This document shows positions 39,003 through 48,766 of a DNA stretch of 64,000 bases, piece after piece. Origin of the DNA: an uncultured Clostridia bacterium (lineage in GTDB: Bacteria; Bacillota; Clostridia; TANB77; CAG-465); assembly GCA_947630145.1 (NCBI GenBank), contig CANRGL010000002.1:8437-72436 (forward strand), read 5' to 3'. Position numbers and translations under genes: made by a program. A model generated the notes under the pieces. It saw nothing but the letters and a program-made list of their open reading frames with translations, was not told the DNA's origin and ran no database searches. Position 1 is the stretch's first letter. Each line of letters starts with the position of its first letter.

Positions 39003-41999
39003 TTATCTAATATTTCTTTCATTCATTATTTTAGAACATACTGGACATAAATATCTATATTTTATATCCTTTCCAAGATCTTGAGAATAGTTTTTACATC
39101 TTTTGCATTCCATTCCTTCTGCAATTTCTATTTTTATATAACTATCATCTGAAATTTCTGTTTTCAATACTGATACATTAAGTGATCTTAAAAAGTCCTC
39201 ATGATTTGAATCTATGAAATTCTTTGTACTTTCATTTACACCTAATATAACTTTAGCTTGTAAAGAATTTTTAATTTTTCTACTTATTATTTCCTTTTTT
39301 AACTGTTCATTAACTTTTTTTATTATAAAGAATATATTATCCCATTTCTTTATTGATTCACTATATTCATCTTTGTTTACTAATTTTAAATCACTTCTAG
39401 TTAATAATATATTCCCTTCTTCCTCAGCACTATTATGCCATATATATGTCCATGTTTCCTCAAATGTAAAAGGAATAATAGGCTCAAGGAATTTTAAAAG
39501 TGTCATGAATATTTCATATAAAGTTGATTGTGTACTTCTTCTTTTCTTATCATTAAAATTTAAAACATATAATCTAAATTTAATAATATTAAAATATTTT
39601 CCACACAAAACTTCTCTACAATATTTATATATAACGTCAAAAACATTATATAAATCTAAATTATTATAGCTTTCTTCTAATTTTTCTTTTACCTCATAAA
39701 GTTTTATATACATATATTTGTCTAAATCATCTCTATCTGAAATTGGAATCACATTTTTTATAGGGTTAAAATCAGAAATATTGGATATTATAAATTTAAT
39801 TGTACTTCTTATTTTTCTATATATTCTGTTAGTATATAATATACTAGATTCATTTAAATTACTATTTTTATTACTTCTTTGTATACACCACAAACGTAGT
39901 ATATCAATACCATATTTCTTTACTATACTATCAACATTAAAACTCTTGTCTACATTTTCTTCATTTTTTACATCTAAATTATTAGGTTTTGCATTTTGTA
40001 TATTTTTATTAGTTTTTCCAAGATAAAAAAATGTTTTACTTTTCTTTTCCTGTTTTTCCTTACTAATATCATTATCAACATTTTTAACATCATTATTGGA
40101 AACTTCTTCCTTATTTTTATCGTCTTTATTATCTACAATATTAACCTTTGAATGTAATAAAATGTTATTAATTTTACATACTTGTTCTAGACTATCCTCA
40201 TCAAAACTAAATGATATGATTTTTCTTATAAAATCTTCATAATTTTCTATGCAAATATCTATTTTATTTATATCGTTATTATTTGAATTGTTAGTATTTT
40301 TATTTTCTCTTATTAAAGGAATACACATATATTTAAAGAAACTATTTATTGTACTACTTCCTTTAAATAAAAAAGTACAACCACAGTTATTACATTTTAC
40401 TTTACCTTGAAATATTTCTTCAGGAGTTTCCTTAAACCATGATTCAATTCCTCTGGTATTAAATACATTTTTTAAAGTTGAAATAGACTCTTCAGTAATT
40501 ACCTCACTTGAGCATTCTGCACAATACAACATTGGTAAAGGAATACCAAAATTATCTTCACTAGAAATAACCTTTTCTTTATTTTTTATACTATTATATA
40601 GCTTTTGTTTAATAATATCTTTATTTTCCGCAGAGCATTGACTTATTTTAGATATAATACTATCAAATGATTGTTTTAATTTTTCATCATCAGCTGTCTT
40701 TTTTAAATACCATACCTGTTCAGATCTAAGTATTACTTCTTCATTGCATTCTTTACATCTAGAAATTTTTAATTGTATATTATCTGTACATAAAATTCTC
40801 TTGTTTTGTTTTAACATTTCTATAACTTTAGTATTACATTGTTTATAATCCATGTTCTTAAAGTTATATGCAAGCATGGTAGTCTTACCTTCTTTAGTTA
40901 AATTATTATTTATTTTTACGGCTATATTTTCTTTTGAAACTAAATAATCTATATATAAATTCCCAGAAGATATTATTGAGATTCCTGACGATTTTTTATC
41001 ATTTGCCATAATATATTCTTTTTTTACTGGAATGACTTGAAGATCCTTAGCATTATCTACCACACTTTTACAAGTCATACCTATAAGTTCACTACCTAAA
41101 ACTTTTTTCTTTACTTCGTATTTTATAAAAAATGATAAGTCCATTATATAATCAACATTTTCAGAAGAAATAATATAATGTACTTTTTTATCATTTTGAC
41201 TTACCTCTACAACACTATATTCCATATCTTCAATTACTGATAAATTATTATCAAAATCAAGTACCCATGGTTTAGTAACATTAGCCACAAAATATGTGTT
41301 TTCTAAATTATTTAATTCCTTAAAAACATCTTTATCATAACTAACTTTAAAATTTAAAAAATAATTAATTACATTTTCATTCTCACGTTTAATATCTTCT
41401 CTTTCTGGAGTTTTATTACAATGTGCACACCAACTTACAGGCCTCAATTTATGATATATTTTATTATCATTATACAATTTCCAAAATTTATCAATTACTC
41501 TTGCTTCAAATCCTGAATTAAGAGTTGAACTATTGAAATTTCCGTAATCAATAATAGTTCCTAAATTTTTAATCTCTTGAATTTGTTTTTTTGCACTTTC
41601 GCTAAGTTCTTTCTTTTTTAATTCTCTTTTTTTTATAAGTTCCTGCGTTTTTGCAGATTTATTTGTCTTATCTTCTAGTATATTATATATATATGCAAAA
41701 TCAATATTATGATTAACTTTATTACCATTTAACAGTCTATACCTTATTACAATATCTTTTAATATTTTATTTTGTATACATGTAGGATCTATGTCATCTT
41801 TTATCATAACAGGATTCTCTAATATATTATATAAAGTATTACTAGACTCATTTTTCTTTAATACTTCTCTATATCTTCTAACATCTTGAATCCTTGCTAA
41901 AAAAAACGTTTCTTTTTTTGGAAGATCGGCATTAGTTGCAATTGTCTTTTTAGGCAAGTTCATAGTGTCAGAAAAATCAACCTTATCATTTATTTTCAT
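39003..41999 (-). CDS. Isoleucyl-tRNA-synthetase-like protein lacking HIGH and KMSKS (probable pseudoenzyme)
   Basis: Colinear with type-1 IleRS: 'NLPKK', 'NKILKDIVIRY', 'FGIPLPMLYC', 'KKYGIDILRLW', 'YRKIRSTIKFIISNISDFNP', C-terminal 'CKRCKNYSQDLG...LCPVC'. But 'DIDPTCIQNK' replaces 'GNxHxGHALNK', and an Asn/Lys-rich insert sits where KMSKS should be. Confidence 0.75.
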   Translation of the reverse strand: MKINDKVDFSDTMNLPKKTIATNADLPKKETFFLARIQDVRRYREVLKKNESSNTLYNILENPVMIKDDIDPTCIQNKILKDIVIRYRLLNGNKVNHNIDFAYIYNILEDKTNKSAKTQELIKKRELKKKELSESAKKQIQEIKNLGTIIDYGNFNSSTLNSGFEARVIDKFWKLYNDNKIYHKLRPVSWCAHCNKTPEREDIKRENENVINYFLNFKVSYDKDVFKELNNLENTYFVANVTKPWVLDFDNNLSVIEDMEYSVVEVSQNDKKVHYIISSENVDYIMDLSFFIKYEVKKKVLGSELIGMTCKSVVDNAKDLQVIPVKKEYIMANDKKSSGISIISSGNLYIDYLVSKENIAVKINNNLTKEGKTTMLAYNFKNMDYKQCNTKVIEMLKQNKRILCTDNIQLKISRCKECNEEVILRSEQVWYLKKTADDEKLKQSFDSIISKISQCSAENKDIIKQKLYNSIKNKEKVISSEDNFGIPLPMLYCAECSSEVITEESISTLKNVFNTRGIESWFKETPEEIFQGKVKCNNCGCTFLFKGSSTINSFFKYMCIPLIRENKNTNNSNNNDINKIDICIENYEDFIRKIISFSFDEDSLEQVCKINNILLHSKVNIVDNKDDKNKEEVSNNDVKNVDNDISKEKQEKKSKTFFYLGKTNKNIQNAKPNNLDVKNEENVDKSFNVDSIVKKYGIDILRLWCIQRSNKNSNLNESSILYTNRIYRKIRSTIKFIISNISDFNPIKNVIPISDRDDLDKYMYIKLYEVKEKLEESYNNLDLYNVFDVIYKYCREVLCGKYFNIIKFRLYVLNFNDKKRRSTQSTLYEIFMTLLKFLEPIIPFTFEETWTYIWHNSAEEEGNILLTRSDLKLVNKDEYSESIKKWDNIFFIIKKVNEQLKKEIISRKIKNSLQAKVILGVNESTKNFIDSNHEDFLRSLNVSVLKTEISDDSYIKIEIAEGMECKRCKNYSQDLGKDIKYRYLCPVCSKIMNERNIR

Positions 42000-42071
42000 A
42001 ATATCCCTCTTATTAATATAATTTGTTGTTTTTCTCATTATATCAGATTTTTTTTATTTTTTCAATACAAA

Positions 42072-42119
42072 ATCTAAAAGATAAATATAAACTAAATCTA
42101 AAAGATAAATATAAACTAA
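42072..42119. repeat. Perfect 24-bp tandem duplication (x2)
   Basis: 'atctaaaagataaatataaactaa' occurs twice in the 87-bp gap upstream of the IleRS-like gene. Confidence 0.85.
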
Positions 42120-42125
42120 AACATA

Positions 42126-42833
42126 TTATATATTTATTTTACTATATGGAATTACTACTTCAAAATCACCTAAACAATAAGATGCTATACTATAATTTTT
42201 AAAGAAAATTACTATTCCATCTTTTGAAAAAACAAAATTTTCAAAATTTTTACTTAAAGGTGCTGTTCCCTGTTTTAATTGATCTTCGTTTTCCATTAAT
42301 TGTTCATTTTTCTTTAGAACTTCATATGAATAAGTAGAAATTTTATTAAGTATATCTTTATCTTTTTGTGTAAGAAGATCTATATCAACAAAAGTATTGT
42401 TATCTGCATTATAATTAATTGTAACAATATCCTTATCTGGATGTGCTCCTCCAAAATCAGATGTATACGTAATCAAAAATGATAAATATTTATCATATTC
42501 ATAAGTAGTAAAATTTATATTAAGTTCAAATTTTCTTCCATCTTCTTTAACATTTAATTTATCTATTTTTTTCTTAAATTGATCTATTATATTTGAATAA
42601 GTATTTTGTATTTTCTCATTTAATTTATCAATTTTTGTATTTGGAATGTATGCCTTTAAAATATATTTTTCTTGTTCTTCGTTTATTTCATTTATATCAT
42701 AATTTTTATTAGATACAACATCTTTTATTTTAGCGACTTGCATATAATTTTCAGTTGCAACAAAATACGTAAAAACTATTAAAAATAAACCTAAAAAAAG
42801 TGCCAATATGTAATTTTTGTTCATTTCGATCAC
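42126..42833 (-). CDS. DUF3298/DUF4163-like membrane-anchored protein
   Basis: N-terminal TM plus 'FGGAHPDKDIVTINY' and 'GIVIFFKNYSIASY', typical of that family (from memory). Confidence 0.55.
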   Translation of the reverse strand: MIEMNKNYILALFLGLFLIVFTYFVATENYMQVAKIKDVVSNKNYDINEINEEQEKYILKAYIPNTKIDKLNEKIQNTYSNIIDQFKKKIDKLNVKEDGRKFELNINFTTYEYDKYLSFLITYTSDFGGAHPDKDIVTINYNADNNTFVDIDLLTQKDKDILNKISTYSYEVLKKNEQLMENEDQLKQGTAPLSKNFENFVFSKDGIVIFFKNYSIASYCLGDFEVVIPYSKINI

Positions 42834-42871
42834 CTATTACAATATATGCACTTATTTTTTAATTATAATTT

Positions 42872-43273
42872 TTATTTAAATATATATGGGTAATTTAAAA
42901 AGTCTGTTAATTTCTTAGATACTAACTCTCCATTAATATATGATATAACTTCAATATCTTTACAAAAATCCAACATATATTGCAGACAAAGGCCACATGG
43001 AGATATATTATCATCTATGGTATTACTATCTTTCTTTCCACCTACTATAGCAATTTTTACAAACTCTCTTTCACCATGAGATATAGCATTACTAATAGCT
43101 ACTCTTTCAGCGCAATTACTAAGTGAAGGAATTGCTTTATCTTCAATATTTGCTCCAATATATACAGTTCCAGATTTAGCAACTAAAGCTGCTCCAACCC
43201 CATAATTTGATATATCTGAAATAGAGTTTTTCCAAGCCATTTTAGCTATATTAATTAATTCTTCATTTTTCAT
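42872..43273 (-). CDS. cdd: Cytidine deaminase
   Basis: 'CAERVAI' and 'PCGLCLQYM' zinc-binding motifs; 133 aa. Confidence 0.9.
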   Translation of the reverse strand: MKNEELINIAKMAWKNSISDISNYGVGAALVAKSGTVYIGANIEDKAIPSLSNCAERVAISNAISHGEREFVKIAIVGGKKDSNTIDDNISPCGLCLQYMLDFCKDIEVISYINGELVSKKLTDFLNYPYIFK

Positions 43274-43286
43274 ATTAATATCCTTC

Positions 43287-44120
43287 CTATTTACCTAATA
43301 TGTTATTTAATATACTTGATAACTGTGGTTTCATAAGTGTTATCTGATATATTATTAATACTACTAAAACACCTATTATAGCACTTATTATCATATATAT
43401 AGGTCTTATTTTAGTATTTTCTATCCTTATTTGTGCTATTATTATACTTAGTATAAGGGCAACACCACCTACTAAAATGCTTTTAGTTATAATATACACA
43501 TATGTTGTAAGTCCAAATGCTAGTGCGACTCTTGCACTAGGATATGCCATAGAATAATTTGAACCTTTCCCAATAAATCCTTTTAAAATAACAGCTAATA
43601 TAATAACAGCAAAAATTATAGTAAATAGTATATAAATATTCGAACTAAATATTGTCGCTATTACTGATGTTGTAGCCATAGTAAGCTTGTCAGCAAATAA
43701 GAAAAATGCAACTATTACTGCAACAACAGAAGAGATTAGAACGCCACCTGCTGCTATATCTTTTGCTGCTTTTGCTCTATCATCATATTTATCTGTTATA
43801 AGATCAACTATATATTCAACAGTTGAGTTAATCATCTCAGAAAATATTACAAACCCTATTGTAAGACATAAACACGCAAATTCAGTTTTAGTAAAATCAA
43901 AGAACAGACTACATATTAAAACAAATAATCCAATCACATAATCAATTCTTAAATTTCTTTCAGTTTTAAAAGCTCTAATTACACCATCTAAAGCATGTTT
44001 ATATGCTGTAAAAAAAGTTTTATTCTTAGTATGTTTTAATTCATCTAATCTTTGTTGCTTTTGTTCTTCTTTTGTAAGTTTTTTCTTTTCATCATTTTTA
44101 TTGGAAGTTTTTTTATCCAT
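43287..44120 (-). CDS. dgkA: Diacylglycerol/undecaprenol kinase (DgkA) with extra C-terminal TM domain
   Basis: 'ERNLRI', 'EMINSTVEYIVDLI' and 'AKDIAAGGVL' DAGK_prokar motifs, followed by about 125 aa of additional TM helices. Confidence 0.8.
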   Translation of the reverse strand: MDKKTSNKNDEKKKLTKEEQKQQRLDELKHTKNKTFFTAYKHALDGVIRAFKTERNLRIDYVIGLFVLICSLFFDFTKTEFACLCLTIGFVIFSEMINSTVEYIVDLITDKYDDRAKAAKDIAAGGVLISSVVAVIVAFFLFADKLTMATTSVIATIFSSNIYILFTIIFAVIILAVILKGFIGKGSNYSMAYPSARVALAFGLTTYVYIITKSILVGGVALILSIIIAQIRIENTKIRPIYMIISAIIGVLVVLIIYQITLMKPQLSSILNNILGK

Positions 44121-44639
44121 TTATCTTTTCACTCCTAATTTATTTAAAATCTTTTCTTCTAATGCTCTCATTTTTATTTTATCACTTTCTTCTATATGAT
44201 CATATCCAACTAAATGACACATTCCATGTGTTATCATATACAATAATTCTCTAAAAATACCTGTATTATATGAAACAGCTTGTACTTTTACGATGTCTAA
44301 ACATATTATTATATCACCTAGTTCTATTATCTTAATTTTTTTATTATCATCTTTTTGTTTTGATATATCATCTAATTCTTGAGCCGTAAATATAGGGAAA
44401 GATAATACATCAGTTTCCTTTTCAATTCCCCTATATTTACTATTAATTGCTTTTATTTCTTCTTTTGTTGCACTTGTAATTGATACTGTTACTTCATCTA
44501 CATTTATATTTTGTTCTTCTAATACCATTTCAACTATATTTTGTATATATTTTTCTATATCAATATTCTCATCAATATTATCTTTACAAAATTCTATAAT
44601 TTTATCATCTAAATCTATACTAATTTTGCAACATTTCAC
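44121..44639 (-). CDS. ybeY: rRNA maturation endoribonuclease YbeY
   Basis: 'HGMCHLVGYDH' motif. A GTG start after an AAGGAG RBS is preferred over the longer track ORF. Confidence 0.85.
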   Translation of the reverse strand: MKCCKISIDLDDKIIEFCKDNIDENIDIEKYIQNIVEMVLEEQNINVDEVTVSITSATKEEIKAINSKYRGIEKETDVLSFPIFTAQELDDISKQKDDNKKIKIIELGDIIICLDIVKVQAVSYNTGIFRELLYMITHGMCHLVGYDHIEESDKIKMRALEEKILNKLGVKR

Positions 44640-45828
44640 TTTGGTTACTCCTTTCAACAAATTTTCCAATTTGTTCGTTTATTACATATTCAAATTTAAC
44701 TTTAATACCATCTTCAGTAGGAATTATACTATGAGAGATATCCACAACATTTGGATCAATACATTTTCCTAAAATTTGTTCATTTAAATATTTATCAGCA
44801 TCATTTTTTGCTAGTTCTTCAAGTTCTTCTTTACTTCTTATTACATCTTCTTCTATATACTCTTTGCATGTATATATATCTAATGATATTATATTGCCTA
44901 AAATTTTAAATTCTTTACTATTTTTAGTTATATCATATTTTTTAGATTTATTCAAATAATTTAGCATTTTTTCTTTAGAATTTATGGTAATTCCAAATGT
45001 AGTTCTTTTTTTATTAGTATATATTTTATTTTTATCATTATACTTATATTCTTTTTCAAAGTTATATATACAATCAATTCTTGCATATCCTTGAGCTGGA
45101 ACTTGCCCCATAACTTCTAATTCTTTTGAATATACAGTTCCTTCAATTAACACATTTCCTTCTTGTACATAATCTAGTGCTTTATACTTTGGTGTTCCAG
45201 TTTCAGATACTATTTTAGTAACAACTCCCGATTTAGTAGCTAATATATCTCCAGGATTTTTTTCCTTAACATTCTTTTCATCAATTTTTGTCTTTTCTAC
45301 TATTTTTACTATAGCTTTTGTACCATCTATATCAATTCCAAGCCAAGATATATCAGAATTTTTTGATCTAAATTTATTTACTATATCTTTTTTGTCTAAT
45401 CCTATTTTATTTTTACCTATATATAATCCACTATCTTTTAAAATAGAAATGATTTCTTCTTTTGAAACATTTTCATTACCTATTACATCAATATTCCATA
45501 TAAATGTAGAAAAAGCTATACTAAATACTAGTATCAAAAAAATTAAAATAAATACTAACTTTCTTTTCCTATATTTAAATAATGTAAAATATATTCCTTT
45601 CTTTTCTTTTATATATACTTTACATTTAGTCTTTTTAGCAATAGATCTTATTTTCTTAAAATCAGATATGTTCATTTTTACTCTTATTACGCCTTTTACT
45701 ATATTTCTAATATCCCAAATTTTTATATTATTAATTTTACATAGATTAATAAATCTTTCAGTAAAAAAGCCTTCTATTTGTACTGTAACAACACCAAACA
45801 CATTTTGTATATCACTTGTTAATCCCAT
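44620..45828 (-). CDS. yqfD: Sporulation protein YqfD
   Basis: 'VTVQIEGFFTERFINLC' N-terminus and a central TM. Position after yqfC. Confidence 0.8.
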   Translation of the reverse strand: MGLTSDIQNVFGVVTVQIEGFFTERFINLCKINNIKIWDIRNIVKGVIRVKMNISDFKKIRSIAKKTKCKVYIKEKKGIYFTLFKYRKRKLVFILIFLILVFSIAFSTFIWNIDVIGNENVSKEEIISILKDSGLYIGKNKIGLDKKDIVNKFRSKNSDISWLGIDIDGTKAIVKIVEKTKIDEKNVKEKNPGDILATKSGVVTKIVSETGTPKYKALDYVQEGNVLIEGTVYSKELEVMGQVPAQGYARIDCIYNFEKEYKYNDKNKIYTNKKRTTFGITINSKEKMLNYLNKSKKYDITKNSKEFKILGNIISLDIYTCKEYIEEDVIRSKEELEELAKNDADKYLNEQILGKCIDPNVVDISHSIIPTEDGIKVKFEYVINEQIGKFVERSNQSEMLQN

Positions 45829-45837
45829 AATACACTC

Positions 45838-46173
45838 CTACTTTTGATAATTTACACTATATATATTGCCTTCTATTACTAAGTCAAAGTCTGTTATTTC
45901 TTTTATATCTAAATCTTTTCCGTCTATTAAAATATCAATATTATTCGCTCTAATTTTTATATAGTCATCATAATAATCAATTATTTGTTTATATCCTTCT
46001 ATCAATATATTATTATTTTCTATTGAGGTAAGCTTTGTGGCCTTAGATACTACTTCTTTTGGTAATTCTAGAAAACCTGAAAACTTTTCTTTAGCTTCAG
46101 ATATACTATTTTTTACTTTCATATTCTTAATTAAACTTTTATACCATTTCTTTTTTTCCTTTTTATTCTTCAT
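45838..46173 (-). CDS. yqfC: Sporulation protein YqfC
   Basis: About 100 aa with 'LELPKEVV...ILIEGYKQIIDYDD' pattern; precedes yqfD. Confidence 0.75.
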   Translation of the reverse strand: MKNKKEKKKWYKSLIKNMKVKNSISEAKEKFSGFLELPKEVVSKATKLTSIENNNILIEGYKQIIDYYDDYIKIRANNIDILIDGKDLDIKEITDFDLVIEGNIYSVNYQK

Positions 46174-46348
46174 ATACTCACCCTTTTTAAATTATATTAA
46201 ATTACATATATTTTATTCTTATAACTTCTTAGCTATGTCGAATTTTGTAAACAAATTGTTTAAGAAATGCATATAAATTAATTGACAAATGTAATTTTTT
46301 GTAGTATATTAGTCTCATGTGTAAAAAATTGGAAGTTAAGGAAAAATT

Positions 46349-47023
46349 ATGATTAAAATTGGAATGTGTGATGATAATCTAAATAGTATAAAAATAGCGT
46401 CTAAATTACTTGATGCAGAAATTATAGAACAAGGTTTGGATGCTGAAATATCAATAGTTTCGAGTGATCAAAAAGAAATTTTTGACCAAATTTATTCTAA
46501 AAATATTGATATTTTATTTTTAGATATTGATTTTAAAAATAATGGAAAAAATGGTATTGATTTTGCCAAAGATTTAAGAAAGATAAATAAGGATTTTTAC
46601 CTTGTTTTTTTATCAGCTCATCAAAGATATCTTCATTTATCACTTACAACTAAAGTATTTGATTATCTAGTAAAACCTATAAATAGAGATACAATAAGTG
46701 AACTTGTGTCTAGATTAAAAGATGAATTTACATATAACAATACTTTATTTTTACATTTAAATAAATGGGAATATGTAAGAGCTGATGATATATTATATAT
46801 TGAAAAGTATGGTAAAAAGTCTAATATTATAACATCAAATATAACGTACACTACTACTAAAAATTTAAACACACTTTTAAATGAACTTCCTACAAATTTT
46901 GTACGTTGTCATAAATCATACATTTTAAATCAAAACAAGGTATTAAGCATAGACAGAAAAAATGGATTTGCTATTCTGGAAAAGAATATAACATGTCCGA
47001 TAAGCGCACAGTTTAAATTCTAA
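46349..47023 (+). CDS. LytTR-family response regulator (AgrA-like)
   Basis: Receiver domain ('DILFLDIDF') plus a C-terminal LytTR domain ('ILYIEKYGKK...RCHKSYILN'). Confidence 0.85.
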   Translation: MIKIGMCDDNLNSIKIASKLLDAEIIEQGLDAEISIVSSDQKEIFDQIYSKNIDILFLDIDFKNNGKNGIDFAKDLRKINKDFYLVFLSAHQRYLHLSLTTKVFDYLVKPINRDTISELVSRLKDEFTYNNTLFLHLNKWEYVRADDILYIEKYGKKSNIITSNITYTTTKNLNTLLNELPTNFVRCHKSYILNQNKVLSIDRKNGFAILEKNITCPISAQFKF

Positions 47024-47056
47024 CAAGTAAGAATATATAAAAAGGAGAAATTTATC

Positions 47057-48383
47057 ATGGAAAATATTATTATAACTATAATATCAATATTAATACAAAC
47101 ATTAATTTGTAGTTATTTTTTAACTTCATTTTGCCAATTTATTGGTGATAGACATTTTGAAAAAAAAGAAATTTTAATACATACTATTTTTATGTTATTA
47201 ATTACTATTATACGGAACCCTTACTCAAAACACAATTCCTTTTCTTAATTCTATTTTAACATGGTTATTTATATTTTTGGATATAAAATATGTATTCAAG
47301 TTATCTATACCAAAGTGTATTATTTCCTTAATATCAATAATTGTATTATTACTTATTAGTGAATTATTATCATATTTAATATGTTCGTCTATATTTAATG
47401 CTAGTTCATTTGAATTATTCAATTCAAAAACGATGTTATTTATAACTTTACTCTTTCAAATGCTATTGGCTTTGATTATAATTGAAATAATAAAATGTTT
47501 GCATAAAAAGAATTCAAATAGAATTAATTTTAAAATATTTAATGGTAAACAATTAGGAATATTTTTAACTCTAATAATACTATGCATTTTTCCACAGTTT
47601 ATAATTTTTATATTAAATGAATATGATTACCCTCAACATTTTTTATTATTAAATTCTATTCAAGTTATTATTGTATGTATTGTAATATTTACATCTTTTA
47701 AGAATAGTATTGAAAAAGAAAAAGCACAAAATGATTTAGTAACTATGACTCTTCATAATAAGACTATGACTGGAATGGTAGATGGCGTACGTAAATTAAA
47801 ACATGACTATAACAACATAATGCAAGCTTTAAATGGATATGTATCTACTAAACAATATGATAAATTACAAGAACATATAAATTCTGTAATAGGAGAATGT
47901 AATGATATAAATAATTTATCAACTATAGATTCAAAAATATTTAATGATCCTGCAATATATGGCATTGTTGGTGCAAAATATTTCTTAGCTACAGAAAATA
48001 ATATAAAATTTGAATTTGATATAGCAACTGACATTTCTAAAATAGAATTTTCAATGCCAGATTTATCAAGAATTCTTGGAATATTACTAGATAATGCAAT
48101 TGAGGCAACATCAAAATTGGAATCTGACAGATATATTAAATTAGAAATGCGTTATGATAAAAAGAAATGTGCAGATATAATTAAAGTATATAACACATAT
48201 GATACTAATATTAATATAAATACACAAGATATATTTAAAAAAGGATTTTCAAGTAAAAAAGTAAAGTCAGGAATTGGTCTTTGGGAAGTTAAAAAACTTA
48301 TTGATAAATCAAAAAATTCTCAAATATTTGCAACTATTGAAAAAGATAAATTATTTGTACAAAATATAATTATTGAAAAATAG
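47057..48383 (+). pseudogene. AgrC-like histidine kinase, split into two frames (63 + 368 aa)
   Basis: ORFs 47057-47248 and 47277-48383 (the second frame is open from 47202) are in different frames. Together they give about 431 aa with multi-TM sensor + HATPase_c_5 ('LLDNAIEA', 'SGIGLWEVK'). This may instead be a sequencing indel. Confidence 0.6.
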
Positions 48384-48399
48384 TAATTTGTTATTTATA

Positions 48400-48437
48400 A
48401 CTAAATCGCTATATAGTTTTAGCTATATAGCGATTTT
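48400..48437. terminator. Bidirectional terminator hairpin
   Basis: 'aaatcgctatatag'/'ctatatagcgattt' perfect stem between the convergent kinase and agrD. Confidence 0.7.
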
Positions 48438-48450
48438 AATGTGTAAAAAA

Positions 48451-48564
48451 TTATTTTTCTATTAAGCATCTAGGTGCTTTGGGTTGGTGAATAATAAACA
48501 TAAAGCAACTATTAGTTGAAGACTTAGCATATTTTTCTACAATTTTCTTTATAAACTTTCTCAT
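48451..48564 (-). CDS. agrD: AgrD-like autoinducing peptide precursor (37 aa)
   Basis: MRKFIKKIVEKYAKSSTNSCFMFIIHQPKAPRCLIEK: amphipathic leader, single core Cys, conserved 'HQPxxP' tail. GGAGGG RBS; downstream of agrB. Confidence 0.7.
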   Translation of the reverse strand: MRKFIKKIVEKYAKSSTNSCFMFIIHQPKAPRCLIEK

Positions 48565-48766
48565 ATATTTCCCTCCTTTTTTATTTGATACATAATTTAT
48601 TGATATATAACTACCTTTATTTGCACTATTAGGTAAACTTTTTAATTCAAATATATATTTCATACTATTTCATTACACAAATATACTATCGTATACGTAT
48701 TAAAAATAAAAAGAATTATATAACAATTAATATGTATCTAAAATATTTAAAGAATAATAATATATA

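Noticed and set aside
48565-48663. Longer 70-aa version of the AgrD ORF
   Set aside because: The strong GGAGGG RBS precedes the internal Met at 48564, and a 37-aa product fits the AgrD size and architecture.
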